64,000 nt of DNA, taken from assembly GCA_963665815.1 (NCBI GenBank), contig OY762463.1, positions 1,312,001-1,376,000 of the forward strand. Direction: 5' to 3'. The translations under genes were made by a program, and so were the position numbers. This stretch comes from Candidatus Cloacimonadales bacterium. GTDB taxonomy: Bacteria; Cloacimonadota; Cloacimonadia; Cloacimonadales; JAIOQZ01. Below the pieces are notes generated by a model. That model saw nothing but the letters and a program-made list of their open reading frames with translations. It did no database searches and was not told the DNA's origin. Of this stretch, positions 9,894-20,411 are shown in pieces. Each line of letters starts with the position of its first letter. Positions within the stretch are counted from its first letter, which is position 1.

Positions 9894-10955
9894 ATGATAG
9901 AAAAAAATCAAGGTACAATACTAATAGCTGATGATGTGCCGGTAAATCTTAAGATTATCAGCAGGATTTTTGAAAAAGCAGCAAACTACAATATTATTAC
10001 AGCAGTGAACGGTATTGAAGCAATTAGAAAAATAAAAGAGCATCATCCTGATCTTGTCCTTCTTGATGTGATAATGCCGGAAGCTGATGGTTATCAAGTT
10101 GCAGAGTTTATTCGTGATTCTGAGACATACAGCGATATCCCTGTAATTTTCATGACCGGAATAGACGATGCTGAGTTCAGAGAAAAGTTTCCTGTTACAG
10201 GTGCAAAAGACTATATTTCTAAACCCATAGATAAAGATCTTCTTATTTTCAGGGTGAAAGTAAACATTGAGCTGAAACGGGCAAAAGATGAGTTGTTGAA
10301 AAACCAGAAGCTTATTCAGGATAAAGAATATCTGCTTCTAAATCTCATTGATGAGCAGACAAATGAGTTAATGGAAGTAGTCTGGGCAATTGTTGCATCT
10401 CTTGAGAATTCAAATCATATCTATCATGGAGAAACCAAGAACCATTTAATCAGAATCAGAGAATATTGTAATATTCTAGCTGAGAAATACGGCTGCAATG
10501 CTGATTTCATCAGAAAAGTACGTCTATTTTCTTCATTGCATGATATTGGAAAAATATGTATCCCGGAGAACATTCTGAAGAAACCGGATTCTCTTACTGT
10601 TCAAGAATTTGATGCGGTAAAAAGCCATGTATACTGCGGCTATAAAATGATCCAGGACAGCAATGTTGATGAGATTGCAAAAAATATTATCAAGTTTCAT
10701 CATGAAAAATGGGATGGAACAGGCTATCTTGAAGGCCTTTCAGGATATGACATTCCGTTGGAAGCTCGAATTGTAGCTGTCGCTGATGTCTATGATGCAC
10801 TTTCTTTCCAGACAGTATACAAAGAATCTTTATCTGAGGATAAAACAAAAGCCCTGATGTTTGAAGCAAGTGGATTTCATTTTGAACCACGTCTTGTCGA
10901 ATTGCTTTATGATAACATTAACGATTTTATTGAAATAAAAGAACATTATTCCTGA
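9894..10955 (+). CDS. Response regulator with HD-GYP (RpfG-like) domain
   Basis: ILIADD, LLDVIMP receiver; HDIGK, HHEKWDGTGY, VADVYDAL. Confidence 0.9.
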   Translation: MIEKNQGTILIADDVPVNLKIISRIFEKAANYNIITAVNGIEAIRKIKEHHPDLVLLDVIMPEADGYQVAEFIRDSETYSDIPVIFMTGIDDAEFREKFPVTGAKDYISKPIDKDLLIFRVKVNIELKRAKDELLKNQKLIQDKEYLLLNLIDEQTNELMEVVWAIVASLENSNHIYHGETKNHLIRIREYCNILAEKYGCNADFIRKVRLFSSLHDIGKICIPENILKKPDSLTVQEFDAVKSHVYCGYKMIQDSNVDEIAKNIIKFHHEKWDGTGYLEGLSGYDIPLEARIVAVADVYDALSFQTVYKESLSEDKTKALMFEASGFHFEPRLVELLYDNINDFIEIKEHYS

Positions 10956-10960
10956 TATTC

Positions 10961-11710
10961 ATGAACTATAAAGTTAAGATAAAAAGGAAAGTCGGTACTG
11001 CCATTCAGGATTTTAAAATGATTTCTGATGGAGACAGAATTTTAGTATGTCTATCAGGGGGAAAGGACTCTTGGGTAATGTTGGACATGCTTTCACAACT
11101 CAAGAAGAAAGCTCCTGTCAATTTCGAGCTGGAAGCTTTAAAGATAGACTATCCTCATAATCCCGAAGATAATATGAGAATTAAGAATGCTGCTGTAACT
11201 GAATACAACATAAATTGTACAATCCTTGATACAAATACAGAGAGTATAATTGACTCGGTAAAAGATAAATCAAAATCGCATTGTGCTTTATGTTCTCGTC
11301 TGAGACGTGGCTTTATTTATTCTTATGCATTCAAACATGGATATAACAAAATTGCACTTGGACATCACATGAATGATACGAATGAAACTCTTCTGATGAA
11401 TCTTTTTTTTAGTGGTATCATGAAGGGCATGGCTCCGGTTCTCAGATCTGATGATAACAGAAATACTGTTATCAGACCTTTAATCTATGTTAAGGAATCC
11501 TGGATTGCAGCCTATGCAGAGCAACTTGAGCTTCCTTTATTCAAGGATGAATGTCGTTTCTACGACCAGAAAGAGAGAAGCAGAGTTAAAAAGCTCTTGA
11601 ATTCTCTTGAACAGGAGATTCCGGATATTCAAAATAATATGCTGGCTGGTCAGGGAAATATTGCATTGTCCCATTTACTGGACAAAAAAGCAAACAACTT
11701 CCCTGAGTAA
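10961..11710 (+). CDS. ttcA: tRNA 2-thiocytidine synthase TtcA-family
   Basis: PP-loop SGGKDS, CALCSRLRRG, LGHHMND, VIRPL. Confidence 0.88.
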   Translation: MNYKVKIKRKVGTAIQDFKMISDGDRILVCLSGGKDSWVMLDMLSQLKKKAPVNFELEALKIDYPHNPEDNMRIKNAAVTEYNINCTILDTNTESIIDSVKDKSKSHCALCSRLRRGFIYSYAFKHGYNKIALGHHMNDTNETLLMNLFFSGIMKGMAPVLRSDDNRNTVIRPLIYVKESWIAAYAEQLELPLFKDECRFYDQKERSRVKKLLNSLEQEIPDIQNNMLAGQGNIALSHLLDKKANNFPE

Positions 11711-11756
11711 GAGTATAACTCAAGACTCTTCTTTTGAAACCAGGTTTGGTTCTATC

Positions 11757-12548
11757 TTACCAGCGGCCACACATCGTAGATTCGAGTTCAAGATACTCTG
11801 TCAATTCCTTATGATCGTAATTGATAAGACGCTTATTCTGCTTAAAATTGTACTTCACACTTTCAAGATATTCCAGAACATACTGTTTTACAAGTTCATC
11901 AAAATTCTCTTCCGGGAACACCTTATCAATCAGTTTCAATTCAAGAAGCTCGTTAGTATGAATTGGTCTCTTTGAGTACAAAAGTCGCAAAGCATCAGAT
12001 TTACCAACATATTTCTGCAATAAAAATGGTAGTGCTCCACTGGGGTGAAGCCCATATTTGTTATGAATGGGAATAAAATTAGTATCGTTGGTTGATATTC
12101 TGAGATCTGCCGACAACGCAGTACCGAAGAATGGAGTTGAGATCTGTCCTTTGAATGCAGATATCACAGGTTTCTTAAAAGTATAAAAGGCAAGGATTGT
12201 CCTGTTGATAACAGTCAATTCTCGCCCTCTAATAAGTTCTTTCTGTCGATCGTGTTTTTTTTTGAAACAATTGTTGTCCTGATCCTTTGCCATCAATTTG
12301 TCCATGAAGTTATCATAAGCTTTTTCTCCAAGAACATCTTTTTCGTTCAATAAACATAATGCCTTGACTTCAGGATTGTCTTCAACCATATTGAAAACTT
12401 CGAACATCTCTGCAACCCGATTCAGGTTGACAACTAATTTGAATACTTCACCTTTTACACGAATGAAGTATATACCTTCAGAGATAAATGACTCGTAAAA
12501 CTCGTTACTTACCTCTACAGATTGCATAGCTTTCATTATTTCCTCCAA
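11757..12548 (-). CDS. Atypical enoyl-CoA hydratase/crotonase-fold protein
   Basis: KKPVISAFKG, ALSADLR, GLHPSG and LELKLIDKV follow crotonase spacing. Confidence 0.7.
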   Translation of the reverse strand: MEEIMKAMQSVEVSNEFYESFISEGIYFIRVKGEVFKLVVNLNRVAEMFEVFNMVEDNPEVKALCLLNEKDVLGEKAYDNFMDKLMAKDQDNNCFKKKHDRQKELIRGRELTVINRTILAFYTFKKPVISAFKGQISTPFFGTALSADLRISTNDTNFIPIHNKYGLHPSGALPFLLQKYVGKSDALRLLYSKRPIHTNELLELKLIDKVFPEENFDELVKQYVLEYLESVKYNFKQNKRLINYDHKELTEYLELESTMCGRW

Positions 12549-12609
12549 TCTATTACATCTCTAATAATAAGATAAGTGAAAATTTGCGATTGGAAAAATA
12601 TTTTTTATA

Positions 12610-13203
12610 CTATGCTAAAATACCGTTATGCACTATATCTTTGAATTTCATACCAAGTTCCACAGGATCAAGTTCTGTATCAAGTAACAGCCATTTTGTC
12701 ATTGAATAATCCATATATCCCATGAGCATTGTTGTAAAGGTTTCAACATCCAGGTCTTTTCTATATTCTCCCTGATCAACAGCTTCCTGAATCAGGGAAG
12801 TAAGATGATCCATGAAAACCTTAACAGGTCTGTATTCAGGATACTTCTTGATAAATTCAGGACTCTGTCTTAGCTCCAGCAATACGAAACGAGCCATTGA
12901 CTTGTTTTCTACATAAGTATTAATATGTGCTATAACAAAATTCTCTATTTTCCCTCTCGCAGAATCACAGTCATCTTCAATGGATTTAAGTTTATTAAGA
13001 ACTTGTTCTGAGTAGTATTCAAATGATTTAATCAAAATGTCGTCTTTGTTGATAAAATAGTTATACAGTGTACCTTCAGAAACACCAGCTTTTTTTGCAA
13101 GTTCCGGTGTTCTTGTATTATGAAATCCTTTTTCAGAAAACAGTACTATAGCCGCATCAATTATAGACTGTCTTTTATCCTTTAATCTTAGTCTCTTATA
13201 CAT
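12610..13203 (-). CDS. TetR-family regulator, FadR/YsiA-like
   Basis: HTH AKKAGVSEGTLYNYFINK; C-terminal LELRQS and GEYRKDLD. Confidence 0.9.
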   Translation of the reverse strand: MYKRLRLKDKRQSIIDAAIVLFSEKGFHNTRTPELAKKAGVSEGTLYNYFINKDDILIKSFEYYSEQVLNKLKSIEDDCDSARGKIENFVIAHINTYVENKSMARFVLLELRQSPEFIKKYPEYRPVKVFMDHLTSLIQEAVDQGEYRKDLDVETFTTMLMGYMDYSMTKWLLLDTELDPVELGMKFKDIVHNGILA

Positions 13204-13527
13204 TTCATCTCCTTCTTTCCCGACATTCAGAAATTACAGGACAGATGTCAAGTAGTTTTGTAAGTTTTTTGACAGTTTTTGTCTGTTTTTGTCTATATTT
13301 TACACTACAGCTTCATATTACAGAAAGTTTTCATATTGTCTTTTATACTATTATGTTCCGATTGTAATATAAATCACCATTCACTTTACTATACTTGACA
13401 TTCATTCGAGAAGCATTAACAATATGAGAAGTTACTCATATCATATAATATCGTCCTTACATCTTATTGAGCTTGACATTGAAATTTATTTTTGTTTAAT
13501 AGATTCAGGAAAAACTTCGGGGGAAAT

Positions 13528-16500
13528 ATGATTATTGATTCCAGATATGAGGTTATAGAACAGTTAGGTATAGGAGTCTGGGCTACAGTTTACAAAGTAC
13601 TGGATCTCAGAACAAATAAAATTCATGCTTTAAAACTGTTTCAGAACCTTGATGCAAACTCCATGTATGAGAAATTCTCAGCAGAGGATATGTACCACAT
13701 TACTCAAATTGAACATCCAAACATAATCCCGGTTACAAACTTTGGTAATTATGGGAAGCATATATATTATATTAGCGAGTTCTTTGAAGGAAAAACATTG
13801 AGTAATTTTGTTTTCAAAAAGTTTAATCTTGAACTACTGTATGATATCATTGTTCAAGTCTGCTATGCCCTCAATGCTCTTCATCTTCATAATATTATTC
13901 ATAAAGATTTGAAACCGGACAATATCATGTACACAATACGTAATAACAAACCCTACGTAAAAGTACTTGATTTTGGTTTTTCAAAAATTGATGTAGAAAA
14001 AAAGCAACAGAATATCAGTGGAAATCTCCCTTATGTTGCTCCTGAAATCTATCTTGGAAGAGGAGCAAGAATACAGAGTGATTTTTATTCACTCGGTGTT
14101 ACTTTATACAAAATTACAACAGGATCTCTTCCCTATTCTCCCGAAAAAATCACAAGTCTGATTGCAGGCAATCATCAAAACTTTTTCCCGAATTTTCCCA
14201 GAGTATTAAACTCGAATATTCCTCCTCAACTGGAAAAGCTGATAATGAAGCTTCTTGAAAAGAACCCGGACAACAGATATAAGAGTATTGAGGAAATCCT
14301 GTCATACATAAACCGGATCCAGTTAAAGAAATATCAGTTTTCTCAGAAAAAGTCTGCTGTAACAACACTCAAGTACAAATCATACTTCGTGAGAGAAGAT
14401 TATGCAAGGCAGCTTCTGGACTACATACCTATAATAAGAAATGGGAATGGTAAGCTCGTTGTTGTAATTGGAGGTGAAGGACTTGGAAAAGATTCAATGC
14501 TTTCTCTTTTCAGATATCATTTGCTCTCTGACGAACAATTCACATTTGATTATACATGCAGTGCAAAAAACCGAGATCCGTTCTTCGCTCTGATAAAAGA
14601 GTTTCATTATTATGTAAAAAGAAACAAGCGACTTGAAAAAGACTTAACAAAAATATCTCTGAAGTTCAGGAAATATTTGTATGAGTCAGAAGAAAATGCA
14701 GATAAAATTTCAGAGAAAAAAGATGAACTGGAGCTGGATTATGAATCAGCAAGAAACTTCATCTTTCACCTTTCCGATGAGAAACCACTAGTATTCATAA
14801 TCAAAGCCGGTCATTATCTAACAAAAGACACTATCGATTTTGTAAACTATATATCAAATGAGATATCTGAGAAAAAAGTACTGATCATTATCAGTGTAGA
14901 CGATCCAAGTTCATTGAGTGGACTTATCCATACGATCCAGTTTAAGATTAATCCGTTAAATGTTAATCAGACACACACATATATTCAGAAAATATTGAAT
15001 AATTCAGTCCCTCTGGATTTCTCACAGCAAATCTGGAAAAGATCTAACGGCAATCCTCAGTTCTGCCGTGATATCATTATAGATCTGACAGATAAAAAAA
15101 TTATATGGAAGAATAATAACTACAATTTCGATATTGATTTAAGTAATTATATTCTGCCTATGCATATAAGGCATTCAATCTATACAAGAATGAGTTATTT
15201 ATCCAAGGAGGTATACCTTGGAATGCAAAAACTGTCTATTTGCCAGACACCATTGACAAAAGCCCTTATTCAACATATTCTTCAGGTTGACGAAAGAGAT
15301 GTATTCTTTCTGATACATGAATCAAACAATAATGAGCTCTTATATAAACGAGGTCAGTATTATCATTTTTCATTCAAAGAAGCTAAAACAAGAATGTTTA
15401 ATGAATGCGATGAACAATTGATTCAGGATGTCTCACTAAAAGTTCTGGATTTCTTCAGGAATATTGAAATAGAGTCAGCCGAAATTTGCGACGGTATAAT
15501 CAGAAATGCTCTAATGATAGAGAACTGGCAAAACGTAAGACAATACAGACTTCAATTAGTGAATATTCATAGTGAGAACTACAAGCAGCTGCTGGCATTC
15601 AGAGAAATCTGCAAAGTAATTGAACTGGATTTTTCAGGAAAAACAGAATTAAAAAAATCTGAAATCATGTCTGACTTATCATTGTTTCAGGAGAAAGCAG
15701 AGTTAACTGGATCAATACAAATTGCCATGTCACTGATGGACTCAATAGCCAATCTACCGGACTTATTTGAAAAGCATTATATAAGAGCAAGCTTTCTCAT
15801 GGGACTGGAACATCATGCAAAAGCAAGCAGACTTTTTGAAAAAGCTCTTCAATATGCAATAACAGGACGTCAGCGTGTTTCAACGATAATAAATCTAACA
15901 TGGACATTGCTCAGGCTTAACAAAATATCAAAAGCTAAGAAATACTTGAAACTACTTGAAGGGGTCCCAATGACTCCAGATCTTAGAGTATCATATATAG
16001 ACAGAAAAGCACTTGTTCAGGAACGTGATGGACATCTTCTCGAAGCTATTCAATTCGTTGAAAATTTCCTCAGTTCTCCTCCAAAAGATAACTCTACAAA
16101 TTTTCTTGTAAAATTAGGCTCAATGCATAACAATCTCGCATATATGTACAGTAACAACAGAAATATTGAACAAGCATATATACATTTCGAACATGCCCGA
16201 ACCATTTGGGAAAAAGTTGAATATGAACGTTCTCTTGGACTTGTTTATAACAATCTGGGGGACCTTGCTTTGAAACAAGGTGATACGAAGACAGCTTTTG
16301 AACATTTTGACAAAGCTTTTTCCGTATGCCAGAAAGTTGACCAGAAACGCGGTCAGGCTCTGGTCTATATTAATTATGGAGAAGCCTACATCAAGCTGGG
16401 AAGATTCAAAAAAGCTGAAGAGTATCTGCTGACTGCAAAAGATATTATCACATCTATCAATTCAACTGAATATACAGAGTCAATAATGAGTAATCTGGCA

Positions 16501-19017
16501 TTGACAATCAGCAAAGTTGATAATTTCAATCATTACTACGAGTTTCTCAGTGAGCATTCTCAAGATGTTCTTAACAAAGATATTCCTATTATTACTCCGT
16601 TAGTAAAAACCTATTTTTATTATTTGAACAACATCGGTAATATAACTAAAATGAATGAGTATCTGGAAATATGTCTTGATCAGAACTTGTTTGAAGATCA
16701 GGATGAAGAGTTCTATTTTCAGATTCTGGGGCTGCTTCTTATGAACAGCAAAGACTATGATGGAGCAATACTGAACTTTAAAAAAGCTATTGAATATGCC
16801 CAGAAAAGTAAAAGTGCATACGCACAGGCAATTTTACTTATAAGAATTACTCAATGCTGTTACCAGATGAAAGACTATAACCTCGGAATGGAATATCTTT
16901 CAAAAGCAAAAAACCTGATAGACAAGTATAGTTTTGAATACTGGAATGTAGTTCTTAAGCTTGTAGAAAATGATCTATACTTATTAGATTCAAATTATCC
17001 ATTTAGAAAAATCCTCAGATCAATTCTTGAAATTCTTGATTTTGTTCTGGAGAACAAGCTTTTCATTCTGGAAATCAGCTGTTATGAAAGACTGTTCCAG
17101 ATATACGGGGCAATTGGAGCAGACAAAAACGCAAGACATTACTATACGCTGTATAAAAGCAAAGTACAGGAAGTGGTGAAATCAATTCCTGATGATGATA
17201 AATACTATTATCTCGAGAAGAAACAGATATCAAGAACTTCTTATAAGGAAATTCAGACCTATCCGTTGGAATCAAGAAACAAGTATAAGAAAGGTGACTG
17301 GCAGGAGCAACTTTATAATCTGTTCAAGCTCAACGAGCTTCATAGAATGAAGTTCCTGATAGATAAGACAATCCGTAATCTTCTTGCTCCTGAGAAGTAC
17401 TGTCTCATCCTCTATGATGATTTTAAAAATAAAGGTAATATCTTCTATCTTCATGAATTTGCTGAAGACGATATTTATCATCCTAAATATGTGCAATATA
17501 TTGAAAGCTCATTGAATGTGAATAAAATCACTTACAAGCAAATTGACAATCTCAATACAGTGTTTGTACCACTTAAGATCAGGACAACTAAAGTGGGCAG
17601 CCTTATTGTGCAGGATAAAGGAGAACTTGAATTCAGAGGAGTAGAACAAAGAATCCTGAGAGTGCTGAAACTACACTTAACCTCAGTCTTAATGAGAATA
17701 AAGGAGTTTGGAGATCTTAACAACAGGATGTCACTTCTTAAGCAAATGATGTCCGGAACCCATCTGTTCTTCTCAATGTTTGATCAATCAAAACTAGAAC
17801 AGGAGATTGTTTCATTTGCAATAGACTTCACACAGAGTACTAGTGGTTATCTGATCAAGAAAGATAAAACCGGCAACTATGTTTATGAAGTTGCTCTGGA
17901 TGAGAACAAACACATTATTCGAGATTATTCGCATATCAGTAAAACAATGCTCTCTGAAGTTCACAATTCAGAACAGGCAATCTTCACTACAAATGCAATG
18001 CTTGATAATACGTTTAAAAGCTCTATCAGTGTTCAGGAGTATCGCATCAGCAATATCTATTGTGCTCCAATCCATATTGACAACAAAATATACGGATTCC
18101 TCTATCTTGATAATCACCTTAACTCACAGAAGGAAATGTATATAAATCGAGAATTCATGGAAATGCTGATGATGCAGATAAGAATCGCTCTTAAAAACTC
18201 CATGCAATACACATCACTAATGGAGAAAAACCTGGAGCTGCATTCTTTAGATAAATCAAAAGATAACTTTATAGCTATTGTATCTCATGAATTGAATACT
18301 CCTCTTGTATCACTTCAAGGATATGTGCATAGATTAAGAAGAGATATAGAACCGGGTGACAAAGCAAAACTTGAAAAGCTGGAAAAAGTTGAGAATAGTG
18401 TTAATAAACTTTTATTAACAACAAACGATATTGTTAACTTGAACAAATACAGTGTTGTAACCAAGCTGGAAAAGGAATTCACTGACATTAAAGAATTGCT
18501 GGAACCATTAATCTCACAAGCCGGAGCAATATCAGAAAACAGACATATGAATATTTCACTGGAAATGTCTACCGGATTACCAAAACTTTACGTTAACTGG
18601 GAAGGTTTTCATCTGATGGTGTACAATCTGATTCTTAATGCAATCAGATTCACAAAAGACTTTGGAACTATCGTTGTAGGTGCAAGATTTTCTTCTTTCC
18701 AGAATGAAGAAATCGATGGAACACAATCTGTAGTATTGTACGTGCAGGATAATGGAATTGGTATTCCTGAATACGAGCTGGAAAACGTATTCAAGAAATT
18801 CTATGAACTTAACAATCTCTGGGCACATAAATCAGGGATTGTAGAATATATGTCCAGTGGACTTGGAATTGGTCTGGCAACTTCCAAACGGATTGTTGAC
18901 CTACATGGTGGTAAAATATGGATCAAGAGTAAACAAGGTGAAGGAACTACAATTTTCATTGCATTACCGGTAATTACTCAGGAAGATCTTGATAATGATC
19001 TAACCAAGCTCTTATAA
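13528..19017 (+). CDS. Hybrid Ser/Thr kinase - AAA/STAND - TPR - GAF - histidine kinase
   Basis: HKDLKPDN, DFG, APE; GGEGLGK; SNGNP; TPR repeats; GAF (CAPIHIDNKIYGFLYLDN); SHELNTPL, NLILNAIRF, DNGIG, GLGIGL. Start moved to ATG 13528 (GGGGG RBS). Confidence 0.92.
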   Translation: MIIDSRYEVIEQLGIGVWATVYKVLDLRTNKIHALKLFQNLDANSMYEKFSAEDMYHITQIEHPNIIPVTNFGNYGKHIYYISEFFEGKTLSNFVFKKFNLELLYDIIVQVCYALNALHLHNIIHKDLKPDNIMYTIRNNKPYVKVLDFGFSKIDVEKKQQNISGNLPYVAPEIYLGRGARIQSDFYSLGVTLYKITTGSLPYSPEKITSLIAGNHQNFFPNFPRVLNSNIPPQLEKLIMKLLEKNPDNRYKSIEEILSYINRIQLKKYQFSQKKSAVTTLKYKSYFVREDYARQLLDYIPIIRNGNGKLVVVIGGEGLGKDSMLSLFRYHLLSDEQFTFDYTCSAKNRDPFFALIKEFHYYVKRNKRLEKDLTKISLKFRKYLYESEENADKISEKKDELELDYESARNFIFHLSDEKPLVFIIKAGHYLTKDTIDFVNYISNEISEKKVLIIISVDDPSSLSGLIHTIQFKINPLNVNQTHTYIQKILNNSVPLDFSQQIWKRSNGNPQFCRDIIIDLTDKKIIWKNNNYNFDIDLSNYILPMHIRHSIYTRMSYLSKEVYLGMQKLSICQTPLTKALIQHILQVDERDVFFLIHESNNNELLYKRGQYYHFSFKEAKTRMFNECDEQLIQDVSLKVLDFFRNIEIESAEICDGIIRNALMIENWQNVRQYRLQLVNIHSENYKQLLAFREICKVIELDFSGKTELKKSEIMSDLSLFQEKAELTGSIQIAMSLMDSIANLPDLFEKHYIRASFLMGLEHHAKASRLFEKALQYAITGRQRVSTIINLTWTLLRLNKISKAKKYLKLLEGVPMTPDLRVSYIDRKALVQERDGHLLEAIQFVENFLSSPPKDNSTNFLVKLGSMHNNLAYMYSNNRNIEQAYIHFEHARTIWEKVEYERSLGLVYNNLGDLALKQGDTKTAFEHFDKAFSVCQKVDQKRGQALVYINYGEAYIKLGRFKKAEEYLLTAKDIITSINSTEYTESIMSNLALTISKVDNFNHYYEFLSEHSQDVLNKDIPIITPLVKTYFYYLNNIGNITKMNEYLEICLDQNLFEDQDEEFYFQILGLLLMNSKDYDGAILNFKKAIEYAQKSKSAYAQAILLIRITQCCYQMKDYNLGMEYLSKAKNLIDKYSFEYWNVVLKLVENDLYLLDSNYPFRKILRSILEILDFVLENKLFILEISCYERLFQIYGAIGADKNARHYYTLYKSKVQEVVKSIPDDDKYYYLEKKQISRTSYKEIQTYPLESRNKYKKGDWQEQLYNLFKLNELHRMKFLIDKTIRNLLAPEKYCLILYDDFKNKGNIFYLHEFAEDDIYHPKYVQYIESSLNVNKITYKQIDNLNTVFVPLKIRTTKVGSLIVQDKGELEFRGVEQRILRVLKLHLTSVLMRIKEFGDLNNRMSLLKQMMSGTHLFFSMFDQSKLEQEIVSFAIDFTQSTSGYLIKKDKTGNYVYEVALDENKHIIRDYSHISKTMLSEVHNSEQAIFTTNAMLDNTFKSSISVQEYRISNIYCAPIHIDNKIYGFLYLDNHLNSQKEMYINREFMEMLMMQIRIALKNSMQYTSLMEKNLELHSLDKSKDNFIAIVSHELNTPLVSLQGYVHRLRRDIEPGDKAKLEKLEKVENSVNKLLLTTNDIVNLNKYSVVTKLEKEFTDIKELLEPLISQAGAISENRHMNISLEMSTGLPKLYVNWEGFHLMVYNLILNAIRFTKDFGTIVVGARFSSFQNEEIDGTQSVVLYVQDNGIGIPEYELENVFKKFYELNNLWAHKSGIVEYMSSGLGIGLATSKRIVDLHGGKIWIKSKQGEGTTIFIALPVITQEDLDNDLTKLL

Positions 19018-19032
19018 TATTAGTATTTTAAC

Positions 19033-19071
19033 AGCAGATATTGTCTGTCAGATAAGAGGGCAATATCTGCT
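19033..19071. terminator. Inverted repeat between convergent genes
   Basis: AGCAGATATTG / CAATATCTGCT arms followed by TTTATTTT. Confidence 0.65.
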
Positions 19072-19626
19072 TTATTTTATTCTTATGTATCCTTTTATCT
19101 TATCGTCAATGTCTCTGACTACTTTCTTAATACAACTTCTTTCCACTCCATTAGAATCAAAAAAAGGCATATTACCCTCAACAGTAGTCACTTTATTACA
19201 TCCTGTTTCGATAATTATTCCAATATGGTTAAACTCTGAGTCAACCTTAGAAAGATTTCTGTATATAATTATATCCCCGGCTTGTGGTGACTCGTTATTC
19301 TCCAGCCATTCAAACAGATCTGAAATTATTGCGTAGTCAAACCAGGTCCTTACAAGTGCAAAAGTAGGCTTTCCTGAAAAAGGTGCCGGCTTGATATCAA
19401 TTCCCATTTTTCTACAGCAATACCAGACAAAAGCTCCACACCAGTCAAAACCCATATTTATATCCATATAGGGTTTACTTCCGTCAACATCAACAAGAAA
19501 TGGTCGAAATTCTGCCAGATATTTTTCTATTTCAGGTCCGGCTTTCTTCCCTATCGTTGCAACAGGATTTATTTTCAGCTCTGCTTCTGCTGCATTAATA
19601 AATTTTTCTCGTTTTAACATAAGCAT
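19072..19626 (-). CDS. CHAP-domain (NlpC/P60 superfamily) protein
   Basis: WCGAFVWYC, PQAGDIIIY, HIGII, TVEGN and IKGYIR. Confidence 0.85.
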   Translation of the reverse strand: MLMLKREKFINAAEAELKINPVATIGKKAGPEIEKYLAEFRPFLVDVDGSKPYMDINMGFDWCGAFVWYCCRKMGIDIKPAPFSGKPTFALVRTWFDYAIISDLFEWLENNESPQAGDIIIYRNLSKVDSEFNHIGIIIETGCNKVTTVEGNMPFFDSNGVERSCIKKVVRDIDDKIKGYIRIK

Positions 19627-19688
19627 ACCTTTTGTTTATATACTTCAAAATGAGCATCCACAATATTACATCTAACATTATCAACTCC

Positions 19689-20411
19689 TTAGTATCTCCT
19701 GAAAAGAAAAGCAAGTTCACCGAGTAGTGTGAAGTCCGGATTTTCCTCAGGCATAATGGTTATAGGTGGGTATCTGTGATTTGTTGAAAGAAGTATTATC
19801 ACTTTATTTCTTGTATCAATCTCGAGTTGTTTCAGAGTAATTTCCCCATTAACTCTCACAGCCACAACTTTTCCTATCAGGTCTGAAAAATTATCACCAT
19901 TTCTTATTATAACAAGATCGTTATGATGTATTGATGGTTCCATACTGTGACCATTCACTCTGAAACATGTAAAGTCCGATATATCATTCACATAAGACTT
20001 ATCAAGCGCAATTACATCAAGAGGTTCGTAATTTTCAACAGCTACAGGTGGTCCGGCAGCAATTTCACCGACGACTTTAAGCTCAAGCTGATCATCAATG
20101 GTTTTTCTGGTTGCTGCAATCTCTTTCAACTGCTTATCAAGAATCATCTGGATTTTATTAAGTTTATTCTGAGGAGTGGGAGCAGCATTTTCATTTAACA
20201 GCATATTGCCATCTCCCGTAAGTAACCAGTGAGTATTCAGCTTATAGCGTTCTGCTAATTTGGATAAATCGATAATATTGGGTCTGTTCTTTTCACTTAT
20301 CCATTCAGAAACAGCTGTAGGTGTATAACCGAGATAATCAGCTATTTCCTTGTTTTTAAGATTATTAGATCTTATGAATTCTTTTACTCTCTGTCCGTAT
20401 CCATGTTTCAT
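19689..20411 (-). CDS. XRE HTH + S24 peptidase repressor (LexA/CI-like)
   Basis: HTH, WLLTGDG, cleavage site IAAG, catalytic Ser (GHSM) and Lys (TLK). Confidence 0.9.
   Translation of the reverse strand: MKHGYGQRVKEFIRSNNLKNKEIADYLGYTPTAVSEWISEKNRPNIIDLSKLAERYKLNTHWLLTGDGNMLLNENAAPTPQNKLNKIQMILDKQLKEIAATRKTIDDQLELKVVGEIAAGPPVAVENYEPLDVIALDKSYVNDISDFTCFRVNGHSMEPSIHHNDLVIIRNGDNFSDLIGKVVAVRVNGEITLKQLEIDTRNKVIILLSTNHRYPPITIMPEENPDFTLLGELAFLFRRY

Noticed and set aside
10961..11710. TtcA inactive because the second CxxC is incomplete
   Set aside because: Three Cys (CALC plus DEC) remain, matching the three cluster ligands known for E. coli TtcA
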